Positions 48,714 through 62,700 of a stretch of DNA of 64,000 nt are shown piece by piece. The DNA comes from Enhydrobacter aerosaccus (GTDB taxonomy: Bacteria > Pseudomonadota > Alphaproteobacteria > Reyranellales > Reyranellaceae), in NCBI GenBank assembly GCA_903832005.1, contig CAIKZO010000132.1, positions 26,035 through 90,034 on the forward strand, read 5' to 3'. The notes below the pieces were generated by a model. The model saw only the letters and a list, made by a program, of their open reading frames with translations. It had not been told where the DNA came from and made no database searches. Within the stretch, counting starts at the first letter, position 1, and the number at the start of each line of letters is the position of its first letter. The position numbers were made by a program, and so were the translations under genes.

Positions 48714-51700
48714 ATGACAGCAACGGTGACCCTGGACGACAAGTATGTGGTGGAAACGGGCCGGATCTATCTGACCGGAACCCAAGCGCTGGTCCGGCTG
48801 CCGATGATGCAGCGGCAACGGGACCTGGCCGCCGGGCTCAATACCGGTGGCTACATCACCGGCTATCGCGGCTCCCCGCTCGGCGGCTTCGACCAGGCGC
48901 TCTGGCAGGCCAAGAAGTTCATCAAGAAGAGCCACATCGAATTCCAGCCCGGCCTCAACGAGGACCTCGCGGCGACCGCCCTCTGGGGCACCCAGCAAGT
49001 CCACCTTTATCCCGGCGCCAAGTACGACGGCGTTTACGGCATCTGGTACGGCAAGGGCCCGGGCGTCGACCGCTGCGGCGACGTCTTCAAGCACGCCAAC
49101 TATGCCGGCACCTCCAAGCATGGCGGCGTGCTGGTCCTGGCCGGCGACGATCACATGGCCAAGTCGTCGACTACAGCGCACCAGAGCGAGCAGGCCTTCA
49201 TCGCGTCCAACATCCCGGTCATCCATCCGGCCAACGTGCAGGAGTATCTCGACTACGGCTTGCATGGCTTTGCCATGTCGCGCTACTCGGGCCTCTGGGT
49301 CGCCTTCAAGGTATTGAACGAAGCCGTCGATTCCTCGGCCTCGGTCTATGTCGATCCGCACCGGGTCGAGATCCACACGCCGACCGACTTCAACCTGCCG
49401 CCCGAAGGCGTGCATATCCGCTGGCCCGACGAATGGCTCGGCCAGGAAAAGCGCGTGCTGACCTGGAAGCTGCCAGCCGCGCTCGCCTACTGGCGTGCCA
49501 ACAAGCTCGACAAGGTGATGCTCGGCCGCCCCGACGCGCGCTTCGGCATCATGACCGTCGGCAAGTCCTACATGGACGTGCGCCAGGCGCTCGATGAGCT
49601 AGCGATCGACGACAAGGAAGCCGAACGGCTGGGTCTCGCCGTCTACAAGGTGGGCATGGTCTGGCCGCTCGAGACCGAGGGCGCGACCGAATTCGCCGCC
49701 GGCAAGCGCGAGATATTGGTCGTCGAAGAGAAAGCGTCGCTGATCGAGCAGCAGCTCAAGGAAGCGCTGTTCAACGCGCCGGCCGATCGCCGTCCGGTCG
49801 TCGTCGGCAAGACAGACGAGCGCGGCCAGAAGCTGTTCAAGCAGGACGGCGAGCTGACGCCGCTCGAGATCGCCTCCGCGATCGTCGCACGTCTGGGCCT
49901 CGAGTCCTTCAGCGCGGCGACCAAGCAGCGCTTCGACTTGCTGCGCCGCCGCGCCTCCCGCCAAGTGCGCAACGAGTCGGGCATGGCGCGCGTGCCGTAC
50001 TTCTGCTCCGGCTGCCCGCACAATACCTCGACCAAGGTGCCCGACGGTTCGATGGCGATGGCCGGTATCGGTTGCCATACGCTGGCCATCGGCATGGAGC
50101 GCAACACCAAGACCTTCACCCACATGGGTGCCGAGGGCGTACCGTGGGTCGGCGCGTCGCACTTCACCGACGTGCCGCATGTCTTCCAGAACCTGGGCGA
50201 CGGCACGTATTTCCATTCGGGCTATCTTGCGATCAGGCAGGCGATCGCGACCAACACCACCATCACCTACAAGATCCTCTACAACGACGCCGTCGCCATG
50301 ACCGGCGGCCAGCCGCACGACGGCAATGTCCATCCCTGGACGATCAGCCAGCAGGTCCATGCAGAGGGCGCACGCCGCATCGCGCTGGTCACCGACGAGC
50401 CCGGCAAATATCCGATCGGCACCGAATGGGCGCCCGGCGTCACCTTCCATCACCGCGACCAGCTCGACGAAGTACAGCGTGAGTTGCGCGAGGTGAAGGG
50501 CGTGTCGGTCCTGATCTACGACCAGACCTGCGCTGCCGAGAAGCGCCGTCGCCGCAAGCGCGGCACCTATCCCGATCCCGCCAAGCGCGTGTTCATCAAC
50601 CAGGCGGTCTGCGAAGGCTGCGGCGACTGCTCGGTCGCCTCGAACTGCCTGTCCGTCACGCCGGTCGAGACCGAGTTTGGCTCCAAGCGCGCGATCGACC
50701 AGTCTTCCTGCAACAAGGACTTCTCCTGCCTCAATGGCTTCTGCCCCTCGTTCGTGACGATCGAAGGCGGCGGCCTGCGCAAGGGCAAGGCTGCGAACAA
50801 GTCGGACCAGGCGCCGCCTGAACTGCCGCTGCCGCCGCTCCCCACCCTGCCGTCGGTCGCCGACAGACCGTACGGCGTGCTGATCACCGGCATCGGTGGC
50901 ACCGGCGTCGTCACCATCGGCGCCCTCATGGGCATGGCCGCCCACATCGAAGGCAAGGGCGCCAGCGTTCTCGACCAGCTCGGTATGGCGCAGAAGGGCG
51001 GCGCGGTGATCAGCCACGTCCGTATCGGCGCTACGCCTGAGTCACTGCATGCCGTACGCCTGGCCGCCGGCGGCGCCGACGTGTTGCTGGGCTGTGACCT
51101 CGTCGTCAGCTCCAGCACCGATGCGCTGGCCAAGCTCGAACCAGGCCGCAGCCACGCCATCGTCAACACGCACCAGACGATTACCGGCGAGTTCACGCGC
51201 CATCCCGATCTCGCCTTCCCGACGGCCACGCTCAAGCTGTCGATCGAGGCCGCCGCGGGCGCCGATGCCTGCGACTTCCTCGAAGCAACCAACCTCGCCA
51301 CCGGCCTGATGGGTGACTCGATCGCCACCAACCTCTTCATGTTGGGCTATGCTTGGCAGAAGGGCCTGATCCCGCTCGCGCTCGAATCGCTCGAGAAGGC
51401 GATCGAGCTGAACGGCACCGCCGTGTCGATGAACCTCGGCGCCTTCCGCTGGGGCCGCCGCGCCGCGCACGATCGCGCCGCCGTGGAGAAGGTCCTGGCG
51501 CCGGCCGCGACCGTGGTTCCCTTCCAGCGCCTGTCGCGCACGCTCGACGAGATCGTGGCGAGCCGCGTGAAGCACCTGACCGCCTTCCAGAACGCTGCCC
51601 TTGCCGATCGCTACAGCGCCTTCGTCGAGCGGGTGAAGACGGTGGAGGAGAAGACCGGGCTCAGCGGCCTCGCCGAGACCGTCGCACGCAACTACGCCAA

Positions 51701-52193
51701 GCTCCTGTCCTACAAGGACGAGTACGAAGTGGCGCGACTCTACACCGAGACGGCTTTTGCCGCGAGCATCGACCAGCAGTTCGAGGGCGACTTCAAGCTC
51801 AAGTTCCACCTCGCCCCGCCGCTATTCTCCGCGCGCGATCCCAAGACCGGCCATCTCCTTAAGAAGGAGTTCGGTCCGTGGATGCTGCCGATATTCAAGC
51901 TGTTGGCCGGGCTCAAGGGCCTGCGCGACACGGCGTTCGATCCGTTCGGCTATACCGCGGAGCGCAAGCTGGAGCGCGCATTGATCGGGCAGTACGAAAG
52001 CCTGGTCGACGAACTCCTGGGCGGCCTGACACCGGCCAACCATGCGCTGGCGATCAAGCTCGCGGCAATCCCCGACGACATCCGTGGCTATGGCCATGTG
52101 AAGGACGCGCACCTGGCGAAAGCCAAGCGCAAGGAAGCCGATCTTCTTGCCCAGTGGCGCAATCCGGAATCGCTGAAGCAGGCCGCGGAGTAA
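48714..52193 (+). CDS. Indolepyruvate:ferredoxin oxidoreductase family protein (fused IorA-IorB)
   Basis: 1159 aa. N-terminal TPP-binding IorA-like region, 4Fe-4S Cys cluster (CEGCGDC...CNKDFSC) and C-terminal IorB-like region. Confidence 0.9.
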   Translation: MTATVTLDDKYVVETGRIYLTGTQALVRLPMMQRQRDLAAGLNTGGYITGYRGSPLGGFDQALWQAKKFIKKSHIEFQPGLNEDLAATALWGTQQVHLYPGAKYDGVYGIWYGKGPGVDRCGDVFKHANYAGTSKHGGVLVLAGDDHMAKSSTTAHQSEQAFIASNIPVIHPANVQEYLDYGLHGFAMSRYSGLWVAFKVLNEAVDSSASVYVDPHRVEIHTPTDFNLPPEGVHIRWPDEWLGQEKRVLTWKLPAALAYWRANKLDKVMLGRPDARFGIMTVGKSYMDVRQALDELAIDDKEAERLGLAVYKVGMVWPLETEGATEFAAGKREILVVEEKASLIEQQLKEALFNAPADRRPVVVGKTDERGQKLFKQDGELTPLEIASAIVARLGLESFSAATKQRFDLLRRRASRQVRNESGMARVPYFCSGCPHNTSTKVPDGSMAMAGIGCHTLAIGMERNTKTFTHMGAEGVPWVGASHFTDVPHVFQNLGDGTYFHSGYLAIRQAIATNTTITYKILYNDAVAMTGGQPHDGNVHPWTISQQVHAEGARRIALVTDEPGKYPIGTEWAPGVTFHHRDQLDEVQRELREVKGVSVLIYDQTCAAEKRRRRKRGTYPDPAKRVFINQAVCEGCGDCSVASNCLSVTPVETEFGSKRAIDQSSCNKDFSCLNGFCPSFVTIEGGGLRKGKAANKSDQAPPELPLPPLPTLPSVADRPYGVLITGIGGTGVVTIGALMGMAAHIEGKGASVLDQLGMAQKGGAVISHVRIGATPESLHAVRLAAGGADVLLGCDLVVSSSTDALAKLEPGRSHAIVNTHQTITGEFTRHPDLAFPTATLKLSIEAAAGADACDFLEATNLATGLMGDSIATNLFMLGYAWQKGLIPLALESLEKAIELNGTAVSMNLGAFRWGRRAAHDRAAVEKVLAPAATVVPFQRLSRTLDEIVASRVKHLTAFQNAALADRYSAFVERVKTVEEKTGLSGLAETVARNYAKLLSYKDEYEVARLYTETAFAASIDQQFEGDFKLKFHLAPPLFSARDPKTGHLLKKEFGPWMLPIFKLLAGLKGLRDTAFDPFGYTAERKLERALIGQYESLVDELLGGLTPANHALAIKLAAIPDDIRGYGHVKDAHLAKAKRKEADLLAQWRNPESLKQAAE

Positions 52194-52208
52194 CTCCGCG
52201 GCGCAGGG

Positions 52209-52592
52209 TTACTGAGAGCTCGTCTTCTCTTCGCTCTGCTGGCGCGCCTGCTCTTTCAGCTTCCGCGCCTGTTCGGCGTCTGCCGCCGACTCTTCCTTCA
52301 GCACCTTGTCCTTCTGCGCCTTCTGGCCGCCGCTGCCGGACACGGTCCCTCCGACCTTGGAGCCCTTCTCCTCGTTGTCCGGGACGATCGACGCATCGTA
52401 CGAGCCGGCGCGCGTCGCCCGCGGCAGAGAGGTGCTGGCCGGCGCACTCTGGTCGGCGCCCGCTCTCGGGGGCTCGGTCATCAAGGGTGACGGGGTACTG
52501 CTGCACGCGGCGAGAAGAAGGGGCGTCGCGGAAATGAAGAGACGGAATGAGGCCATGAACGGCTTAACGCCCGACATACGATTCGGTTGCAT
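52209..52592 (-). CDS. Hypothetical lipoprotein, Lys/Glu/Gln-rich C-terminus
   Basis: Lipobox LLAAC after a hydrophobic signal. Low-complexity charged C-terminus. Confidence 0.5.
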   Translation of the reverse strand: MQPNRMSGVKPFMASFRLFISATPLLLAACSSTPSPLMTEPPRAGADQSAPASTSLPRATRAGSYDASIVPDNEEKGSKVGGTVSGSGGQKAQKDKVLKEESAADAEQARKLKEQARQQSEEKTSSQ

Positions 52593-52595
52593 GTT

Positions 52596-53060
52596 CTACG
52601 GCTTGGCCAGTTGTTTCGTGCGCCACTCCCAGGCCTTCAAACACGGATGGGCGTGGACGCCGCGGATCGCCGACATCGCATTGGTTTCCTGCACGGTGTA
52701 GGCATCTGTCTCGCGCGTGAGAGCCCACGCCATGCCCGCGCTCGCCATCTCGGCGCCGATATCCTTGCCGTCTGCCGTGCACTGCGCGGCAACACGCGTG
52801 GACTTTTCCTCGCTCTTCAGGATGCAAAGGACCTCATGTCCTTTCATCAGCTTGGTGAGGTGATCCATCGCGGCCTGGCCTGCATTCCAGTTGTCAGCGC
52901 ACAGCTCGCCCTTCTCCGGCGCGTCGATACCCCAGAGGTGCACGACAACACCCTTGTAGTCGATCGTGTCGCCGTCGACGACGGTCTGGGCGCTTGCCTT
53001 GGATGTGAGCAGGGCGAACGCAAGTGCCGCCGCCATGCGATATCTTGCCGTTGCAATCAT
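52596..53060 (-). CDS. Secreted thermonuclease-family (SNase-like) nuclease
   Basis: Signal peptide, then DGDTI...LWGIDAPE staphylococcal-nuclease motifs. Start at MIATARY (ATG 53060). The track ORF extends to 53285. Confidence 0.7.
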   Translation of the reverse strand: MIATARYRMAAALAFALLTSKASAQTVVDGDTIDYKGVVVHLWGIDAPEKGELCADNWNAGQAAMDHLTKLMKGHEVLCILKSEEKSTRVAAQCTADGKDIGAEMASAGMAWALTRETDAYTVQETNAMSAIRGVHAHPCLKAWEWRTKQLAKP

Positions 53061-53147
53061 GGCCGTCGTTTTGCACCGGCCACGGAACGTTGACAACCCA
53101 CCCCGCCTGCGCGCCCAATCCACGAGCCGCACCATCGAGGTCGTCGC

Positions 53148-54329
53148 ATGAGCACAGTCACAGCGTTGTCTCCGCGTATCGATCCCGTCGCCCGCGCCCG
53201 AGCGCTTGGACCCTCCATCGCCAAGATGGCCGACGTTCTCGAGCGCACCCAAGAGATTCCCGAGCCCTTCCTCACGGAACTGCACGAGTCACGGCTGCTG
53301 CGATTGCTGCTGCCGCGCTCGGTCGGCGGCGACCAGGTCGAGCCCTGGACCTATCTCCATGTCGTTGAGGAGGTGGCGCGGCATGACGGCTCACTGGGCT
53401 GGAACATGTTCGTTTCCAACAGCTCGTCTTTCATCTGCCCGTTCATTCCGCTCGAGACGGCCAAGACGATCTTCGGTAATCCCCGCAGCGTGATCGCCTG
53501 GGGCCCACCCAACCGTCATCGCGCGACGGCGGTGTCCGGTGGCTATCGTGTGACCGGCGAATGGCACTTCGCCTCGGGCTCGCGGCAGGCCAACTGGATC
53601 GGCGCCCACTGCCAGGTTGTCGAGCCCGACGGCAGCTTGCTCAAAAATCGCTTCGGCCGGCCGACCATCCGCACCCTGCTGATGCCCAAGGAGCGCACGA
53701 CTCCGATCCACAACTGGACCACGCTCGGCATGCGCGGCACCGCTTCGGAGGGCTACCGGATCAACGATGTGTTCGTGCCCGAGGAGTTCTCCGGCACGCG
53801 CGAAGACCCCGCCCTGCGCCGCGACCGTGGCAAGCTCTACGCCTTCACCACGCAGGGCATCTATGCCGTGGGCGTGGCTGGCGTGGCGCTGGGCATCAGC
53901 CGCGCCATGCTCGATGCCTTCAGAACCCTGGCGGCAGACAAAACGCCGCGCGGCATGGACCGGCTGGCCGACGAACCGGTGATCCAGTCCAACTTTGCCC
54001 GCCGCGAGGCCAGCTTGAGTGCCGCTGGCGCCTGGCTGACGAATGTCTTGAAGGATGTCTGGGCAACCGCCGACGACATGGAGCCGGTCGGCACCGACGA
54101 CCGCGCCAAAGTCCGTCTGGCTTGCACTCACGCCATCCAGACGGCGATCGAAGTCGGCGACTGGACGTTCAAGGCAGCGGGGGCCAGTGCAATTTTCATC
54201 GGCACTCCCTTTGAGAGACGGTTCCGCGACCTGCACACGCTCTCCCAGCAGATACAGTCGCGCGAGGCGCATTACGAAGCCGTCGGCAAGGTGCTCTTCA
54301 ACGGCGATCCGGATGGCACTTTCATGTGA
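53148..54329 (+). CDS. Acyl-CoA dehydrogenase-fold flavin-dependent monooxygenase (HpaH/DszC/SfnB-like, group D)
   Basis: 393 aa with ACAD N/middle/C-terminal domains, but type-2 ACAD (monooxygenase) features. Confidence 0.65.
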   Translation: MSTVTALSPRIDPVARARALGPSIAKMADVLERTQEIPEPFLTELHESRLLRLLLPRSVGGDQVEPWTYLHVVEEVARHDGSLGWNMFVSNSSSFICPFIPLETAKTIFGNPRSVIAWGPPNRHRATAVSGGYRVTGEWHFASGSRQANWIGAHCQVVEPDGSLLKNRFGRPTIRTLLMPKERTTPIHNWTTLGMRGTASEGYRINDVFVPEEFSGTREDPALRRDRGKLYAFTTQGIYAVGVAGVALGISRAMLDAFRTLAADKTPRGMDRLADEPVIQSNFARREASLSAAGAWLTNVLKDVWATADDMEPVGTDDRAKVRLACTHAIQTAIEVGDWTFKAAGASAIFIGTPFERRFRDLHTLSQQIQSREAHYEAVGKVLFNGDPDGTFM

Positions 54330-54372
54330 AATGCTCGCGGGCGTCTTGCCGTAACGGTGGAGTTACGGCACC

Positions 54373-54849
54373 GTGACGCGCATGGAAAGCGAGACCGGGA
54401 GCAGCAGCGACAACACCGAAAGCGAAAGCAGAGGTGGATATCGCCGCCGGCGCAGGCGGAGAAGCAAGAGAAAGGGCGAGGACGGACTGAGCGCGGAAAC
54501 GCGCCACCTGCTCAAGCTGGCACGCTGGACCGTCGGCGGTATCGTCATGCTCGCGACCTGGGCTTACGGCGTCTACGTCATCCCGAAGCTGGGCTGGGGT
54601 GCCGCCATGTTCTTCCCGGCAGGCGCGGTCGCGATGGTGTGCATTGCCAGTGCACTGTCCATTCCCTTCGTCTCTATCCTGCTGATGATCGTGGGCTTTC
54701 TCTTGGCGATCGACGGCGGCCCCCTCGCCGGCTTGCGCCGGGCCGGCATGGCGTTCGTCGCCGTCGGCGGGCTGAATGCGGTCTGGCAGACGATGATGTT
54801 CTTTCTCAGCAAGCGCGAAGTGACCCGCAACGAGGCCGGCTACAAGTAG
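54373..54849 (+). CDS. Hypothetical membrane protein with Arg-rich N-terminus (RRRRRRRSKRK) and 3-4 TM helices
   Basis: 158-aa ORF. No family recognised. Confidence 0.45.
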   Translation: MTRMESETGSSSDNTESESRGGYRRRRRRRSKRKGEDGLSAETRHLLKLARWTVGGIVMLATWAYGVYVIPKLGWGAAMFFPAGAVAMVCIASALSIPFVSILLMIVGFLLAIDGGPLAGLRRAGMAFVAVGGLNAVWQTMMFFLSKREVTRNEAGYK

Positions 54850-54852
54850 CCT

Positions 54853-55314
54853 CTACTGGCCGCGTGAATTGACCCGCCGGCTGCCACGCACCGCCGCCTG
54901 TCCTTGGTCGGGTGACACTTCCCTGATCTCGCAGCCCGGCATCAGCATGCCGACCTTCATCGAGACTTCGACGTAGCGGGTGCGGCCGGCATCTATGGTG
55001 ACCTGCTGCCCACCCTGCTGGTCGCCGATCCGGCACGAGAGATCGACCGGTCCCGGCGGCCCTTCCAGGCGCAGGTAAGTATTGGACGCCAACTCGGCAT
55101 TGACGCCGCCGGCGATGCTGACGTCGATCGGGCGGGCAACGCCCATCAGGCCCGAGCGATAGACATAGAGCGCACCGCTGTCCTGTCCCGGCTGCACGAA
55201 GCGCTTGGCCTCGGCATCCTGCTGCGAATCGGCCAAGGGCACATTGGCACACGCGGCTGCCAACATAAGCAATGGCAACGTCCGGCCGATACGCAAGATC
55301 TGATTATGGTTCAT
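54853..55314 (-). CDS. Lipoprotein (DUF2846-like)
   Basis: Start MNHNQILRIGRTLPLLMLAAACAN with lipobox. Strong SD GGAGGA. The track ORF extends to 55518. Confidence 0.55.
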   Translation of the reverse strand: MNHNQILRIGRTLPLLMLAAACANVPLADSQQDAEAKRFVQPGQDSGALYVYRSGLMGVARPIDVSIAGGVNAELASNTYLRLEGPPGPVDLSCRIGDQQGGQQVTIDAGRTRYVEVSMKVGMLMPGCEIREVSPDQGQAAVRGSRRVNSRGQ

Positions 55315-55397
55315 GGCATCCTCCGGGACTTCAACGCCTTCACCGGAACATAGCTGCATGTCGTCTTGCCGGCGGATTGGCGGCGATTTGGTGGTGG

Positions 55398-56324
55398 TCA
55401 GACCAGCATCGTGCGGATCGACACGGCGAGTTCGACCCCCGGCAAGGCCGCCGCCAGATCGACCGTCAGTTGTCGCTCGACCTCCTCGACCGCGCGCACG
55501 GCCGTGTCCTCCGGGCACGTCAGGGCTACCTCGAGCGCAACGGCGCGCGAGGTGCCGTGCGAGCGAAAGCCCGCAAGGCCGAAGCCCGAAGGAAGCGACG
55601 CTGCCGCGTGCTCCAGCGCCGGACCCGCGATAGTGGCGACCGATTTATCGAGCAGATCCGGCACGGACTCGGCCATCAGATCGAGGCCGGCCTTCATCAT
55701 GATCGCACTGACGATTACGGCGCCCAGCCCGTCGGCCAGCGCTACCACCACCGGATCCTTGGCCAGCGCCGCAATCGTCATGGTGGCCTGGATCAGCACC
55801 GACGCCATGAGCTTGGTGACGCGCGCCTGGAGCAGCGCGCGCATGATGGCCGACGGCGTCCCGAGTGTCGCCCGGCGCACGCCGTCCCAGGCCACGAAGT
55901 TCAGGAGGAGATTGAACGCCGACACCACCGCCGCGGCGGTGAGGCCGAAGGGCGAGGCATCGCTGCCTTCCTCCAGCGCCATTGCAACGGCACTGTAGGC
56001 CACCCAGGCCGCGCCGATGAAGAGCCCGCACGCCACGCCGACACTGCAGAGTTGCTCGATCTTGCCGGTGCCGTAGTCGAAGCCGCGCAACGCACCGCGA
56101 TGGATGCGCCGCATCACCAGCAGGGTGAGGAGGTCGATCAGAGTCATCAGGGCGCCACGGATCGCTTCCGCGAGGCAGGTGAGCGATTGGCCGACGATGC
56201 CGCCGACGATCAGCAGCAGCAGGAGCATCGCGAAGTCGAGTGTCCAGGCCAGCAGCAATGCGCTTTCGCGGCCACGCTGCTCCAGTTTCCGGCCGTCACT
56301 GCCCGGGATGGCGGCGTCGGCCAT
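55398..56324 (-). CDS. Cation-diffusion-facilitator-fold membrane protein with non-canonical (apparently degenerate) metal-site residues
   Basis: 308 aa, 6 TM plus CDF-like cytoplasmic C-terminal domain. Conserved FxYGxGKxE loop is present. In a by-eye alignment to YiiP, the TM2 DxxxD and TM5 HxxxD positions read E/R...G/M and Q...T. Confidence 0.6.
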   Translation of the reverse strand: MADAAIPGSDGRKLEQRGRESALLLAWTLDFAMLLLLLIVGGIVGQSLTCLAEAIRGALMTLIDLLTLLVMRRIHRGALRGFDYGTGKIEQLCSVGVACGLFIGAAWVAYSAVAMALEEGSDASPFGLTAAAVVSAFNLLLNFVAWDGVRRATLGTPSAIMRALLQARVTKLMASVLIQATMTIAALAKDPVVVALADGLGAVIVSAIMMKAGLDLMAESVPDLLDKSVATIAGPALEHAAASLPSGFGLAGFRSHGTSRAVALEVALTCPEDTAVRAVEEVERQLTVDLAAALPGVELAVSIRTMLV

Positions 56325-56327
56325 GGG

Positions 56328-57653
56328 CTAGTGCAGGCCGAGCCGCGCCATCAGCACGGCCAGCACACCCGCATTCGGGAAATGGACGTAAGCCGCCTGA
56401 CCGACCGGACAGGCATGGAACTCGCCCGATTCGGCTTCCAGGCGCAGCAACACCTGGCCGTCGCCGCGCCCCCGTCCCTTGGCGACCGCCGCGATATCGG
56501 TCACGCCGATCGTCTCGGCCGCGCCACGCAAGGCAACGACACGCGCCGGCAACCAGTGGTTTTCTCCTTCGATGATCGCCTCGGCCTCGCTGCCGAGAGG
56601 GATCAGCGGCAGCGCCGCGTCCGCGACCGGGGCGTCGATAAAAAGCTCGCGGCAGTCGATCCAAGTCGCCACGGGATTGCCCGGTTCGACCGCGGCGCCG
56701 GCGCCGATGATGGAGCTGCGGATGGTGGCGCCGGGAGGCGCCAGGACCGGCGCCTTGCTCTGCAGCCTGAAAGCCTGCCGCGCCGCCTCCAGCGCATGGC
56801 TGGATTTGCCCAAGGCCGCTTGCGCCTGATCGACGGCCAACTGCGCGCGCTTGATCTCGGTCTTGGCCTGCTGCTGGTCGTCATAGGCCCAGTTCACGCT
56901 CGAACCGTCGGATGCCAGGAAGATGCCCTGGTCGGCCGCGGCGCGTCGGCGCTGGGCCCGCTCGAGTTCCATGCGCCCGGCGGCGAGGTCGACCTGGGCC
57001 TCGGACAGGCGGATCACCGCCTCGTCGCGATAATCCCTCGAGCGATAGCCGCTATCGCTTACCGACTTGGTCCGGTCGGCTACCTGTGTCGCCGCGGCCA
57101 CCTTGGCGTTGAGAAGCGCCATCTTGGCCTGCATGACGCCGATCTCGGCATCGAGATCGGCGCGATAATTGGCGGCATGCAGTCGCCGCCGGGTACGACG
57201 GTCGTTGTCGAGGTCCTGCACGCCCTGCAGATAGTTCTTGGCCGCCGCGAGCCGCGCCGTCGCACCGTCGAGATCGGCCTCGGCGATCTTGATGCCGCCG
57301 GGATCGAGCAGATCGTTGGTGATTTCCACGATGATGCCGTCGGCTCCCACCTCGGCCCCCGGCAGCGGCGTGCTGGCAGGCATGCGTCCGCGGATCGGTG
57401 CGGTGGCGACGTTGTTCCAGGCAGTGACGGCCGAGCCGCGCACCAGCGAGGCCACGAGATAGGGCCACAACATGATGACGGAATAGCCCACGACCAACGC
57501 CATCACCGCCAACCGGACCATCGTGCGATGTGCGTCGTTGAGGCGTCGTGCCGACCGCAAGGCACTTCCGATGCGGCCGTTCACGGTATCTAGCCGCCGA
57601 TCTTCTGCCACCACGACTTCTGCGCCTGCGGCCAACCGCGCGCTTCCATGCAA
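56328..57653 (-). CDS. HlyD-family membrane fusion (periplasmic adaptor) protein
   Basis: N-terminal TM, coiled-coil (LAAAKNYLQGVQDL...), beta-barrel/lipoyl-like C-terminal region. Start uncertain: an alternative Met at 57521 avoids overlap with the upstream lipoprotein gene. Confidence 0.75.
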   Translation of the reverse strand: MHGSARLAAGAEVVVAEDRRLDTVNGRIGSALRSARRLNDAHRTMVRLAVMALVVGYSVIMLWPYLVASLVRGSAVTAWNNVATAPIRGRMPASTPLPGAEVGADGIIVEITNDLLDPGGIKIAEADLDGATARLAAAKNYLQGVQDLDNDRRTRRRLHAANYRADLDAEIGVMQAKMALLNAKVAAATQVADRTKSVSDSGYRSRDYRDEAVIRLSEAQVDLAAGRMELERAQRRRAAADQGIFLASDGSSVNWAYDDQQQAKTEIKRAQLAVDQAQAALGKSSHALEAARQAFRLQSKAPVLAPPGATIRSSIIGAGAAVEPGNPVATWIDCRELFIDAPVADAALPLIPLGSEAEAIIEGENHWLPARVVALRGAAETIGVTDIAAVAKGRGRGDGQVLLRLEAESGEFHACPVGQAAYVHFPNAGVLAVLMARLGLH

Positions 57654-57939
57654 CTGGCCATGAACTTGTCGGCGTTGCGGCTGTCGCTGTAGTTGGCCAT
57701 CTGGTTGGACAGGCCGTCCCGGCCGGACCGGTCGGTGTCGTTGGCGAACGTGCCCGCGCTGGCGTCATCGATCCGCCGGCGCGAGTGCATGTACTCGTCG
57801 ACCTGGCCTTGGCACAGGCTGCGGTCACGCGTGTACTTCTCCGGATTCGCCGCAGCCCGGCCATTGGGATCCGCCGGCTGCTGGCAACCCGCCACCAGGA
57901 TGCCAATACCGAGTGCCATCACGGCGAGGCTACGGTGAC

Positions 57940-57943
<4 letters not shown>
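57590..57943 (-). CDS. Hypothetical lipoprotein
   Basis: [22 protein letters not shown] lipobox. SD GGAGGAG. ATG overlaps the alaS stop. Hidden inside a longer track ORF (57590..58594). Confidence 0.55.
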
Positions 57944-60603
<2,660 letters not shown>

Positions 60604-60673
60604 GATGCGATCCTTGTAGCGTGCGCCCGGCGGCCAAGTCCACATAGGGAACGAACAGGGAAATTGCGGGTCC

Positions 60674-61363
60674 ATGGCCGATTCCGGCTCCTCGACGGCA
60701 ACACTCAGACTGACGATCGGCGATCTGAAGATCGCGCACCCGATCACCGTTCCCAACGCCGCCGTTCCCGCCCGCGACATCGTCCCTGCATTGCAGGGGC
60801 TGGTGAACGCAGCGGTCACCGCCGCCGAGAGCGGACAGGCGATCTCCTGCCGCAAGGGCTGTGGCGCCTGCTGCCGCCAGCTCGTGCCGGTCTCGCGCAC
60901 CGAGGGCGAGCGGCTGCTCGACCTCGTCGAGGCGATGCCCAAGGAACGTCGCAGGGAGATCCGGCGGCGCTTCGCGGCGGCCGAGGCCGTGCTCGCCCCG
61001 GCGGGCTTCGACAAGCGCACCGGCAAGACCGACCGCGAACTCTCGACCACTTACTTCGCGCTGGGCGTGGCCTGCCCGTTCCTCGAAGAAGAAAGCTGCT
61101 CGATCCATGAGGAGCGTCCCCTGATTTGCCGCGAGTATCTGGTGACGTCGCCGCCTGAACTCTGCGCCGGGCCACTGCAGGAGGGCGTGACGCCGGTGGC
61201 AGTGCCGAAAATCTCCCTCGCCGCCCGCAAGCTGCAGGACGAGAAGGACGAGTGGTTTCCGCTCGCGTTGCTCATGATGTGGGGACGTTCGCGTCCCAAG
61301 GGCGGCACTCGCCGGACGGGACCGGAATGGGTGCAGAGGTTTTTGAAGGGGGTAGCGGGGTAG
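60674..61363 (+). CDS. YkgJ-family cysteine-cluster (CxxCxxCC zinc/iron-chelating) protein
   Basis: [11 protein letters not shown]...CPFL...[14 protein letters not shown] motif set. 229 aa. Confidence 0.65.
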   Translation: MADSGSSTATLRLTIGDLKIAHPITVPNAAVPARDIVPALQGLVNAAVTAAESGQAISCRKGCGACCRQLVPVSRTEGERLLDLVEAMPKERRREIRRRFAAAEAVLAPAGFDKRTGKTDRELSTTYFALGVACPFLEEESCSIHEERPLICREYLVTSPPELCAGPLQEGVTPVAVPKISLAARKLQDEKDEWFPLALLMMWGRSRPKGGTRRTGPEWVQRFLKGVAG

Positions 61364-61443
61364 CGCTAATTGCGCCAACTGGCGCGATCGCAATCGTGCG
61401 CCCCGTCGCCAAGCACTCGCCCATTAAACAAATGGGAAAAAAA

Positions 61444-61469
61444 CGGCGCCCCCTTTTCAAGGGGCGCCG
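61444..61469 (-). terminator. Rho-independent terminator for recA (minus strand)
   Basis: CGGCGCCCC/GGGGCGCCG hairpin. A-run on the plus strand (T-run on the recA strand) immediately follows on the transcript side. A second strong hairpin (GGGCGGTGCTGC...GCAGCACCGCCC, 61477..61510) is adjacent. Confidence 0.75.
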
Positions 61470-61543
61470 GATAAAAAGGGCGGTGCTGCGCGTGGGGTTG
61501 CAGCACCGCCCGTAGACCATCGGAGACAGGGGATCCGAGTGGG

Positions 61544-62620
<1,077 letters not shown>

Positions 62621-62674
62621 TGGGTGCCTCCCTTGATAATCCACGCCCCTGTCAGGAGCGGCAATACGATAACT

Positions 62675-62700
62675 GTACGCATTTTGTTCTATACAGCAAC
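62675..62700. promoter_or_regulatory. Candidate alphaproteobacterial SOS (LexA) box upstream of recA
   Basis: GTACgcattttGTTCtatacagCAAC resembles the alpha-type direct-repeat LexA motif GTTC-N7-GTTC with one mismatch per half. It sits 55-80 bp upstream of the recA start, in AT-rich DNA. Confidence 0.35.

Noticed and set aside
55272-57593. 773-aa plus-strand ORF antisense to the CDF-like and HlyD genes
   Set aside because: Antisense artefact.
62675-62700. Reading CTGTAcgcattttgttctaTACAG as an E. coli-type LexA box, or as an IS terminal inverted repeat
   Set aside because: Spacing (CTGT-N16-ACAG) does not fit the gammaproteobacterial LexA consensus, and no matching repeat occurs at the other IS end. 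Kept only as an alpha-type GTTC-N7-GTTC-like candidate.
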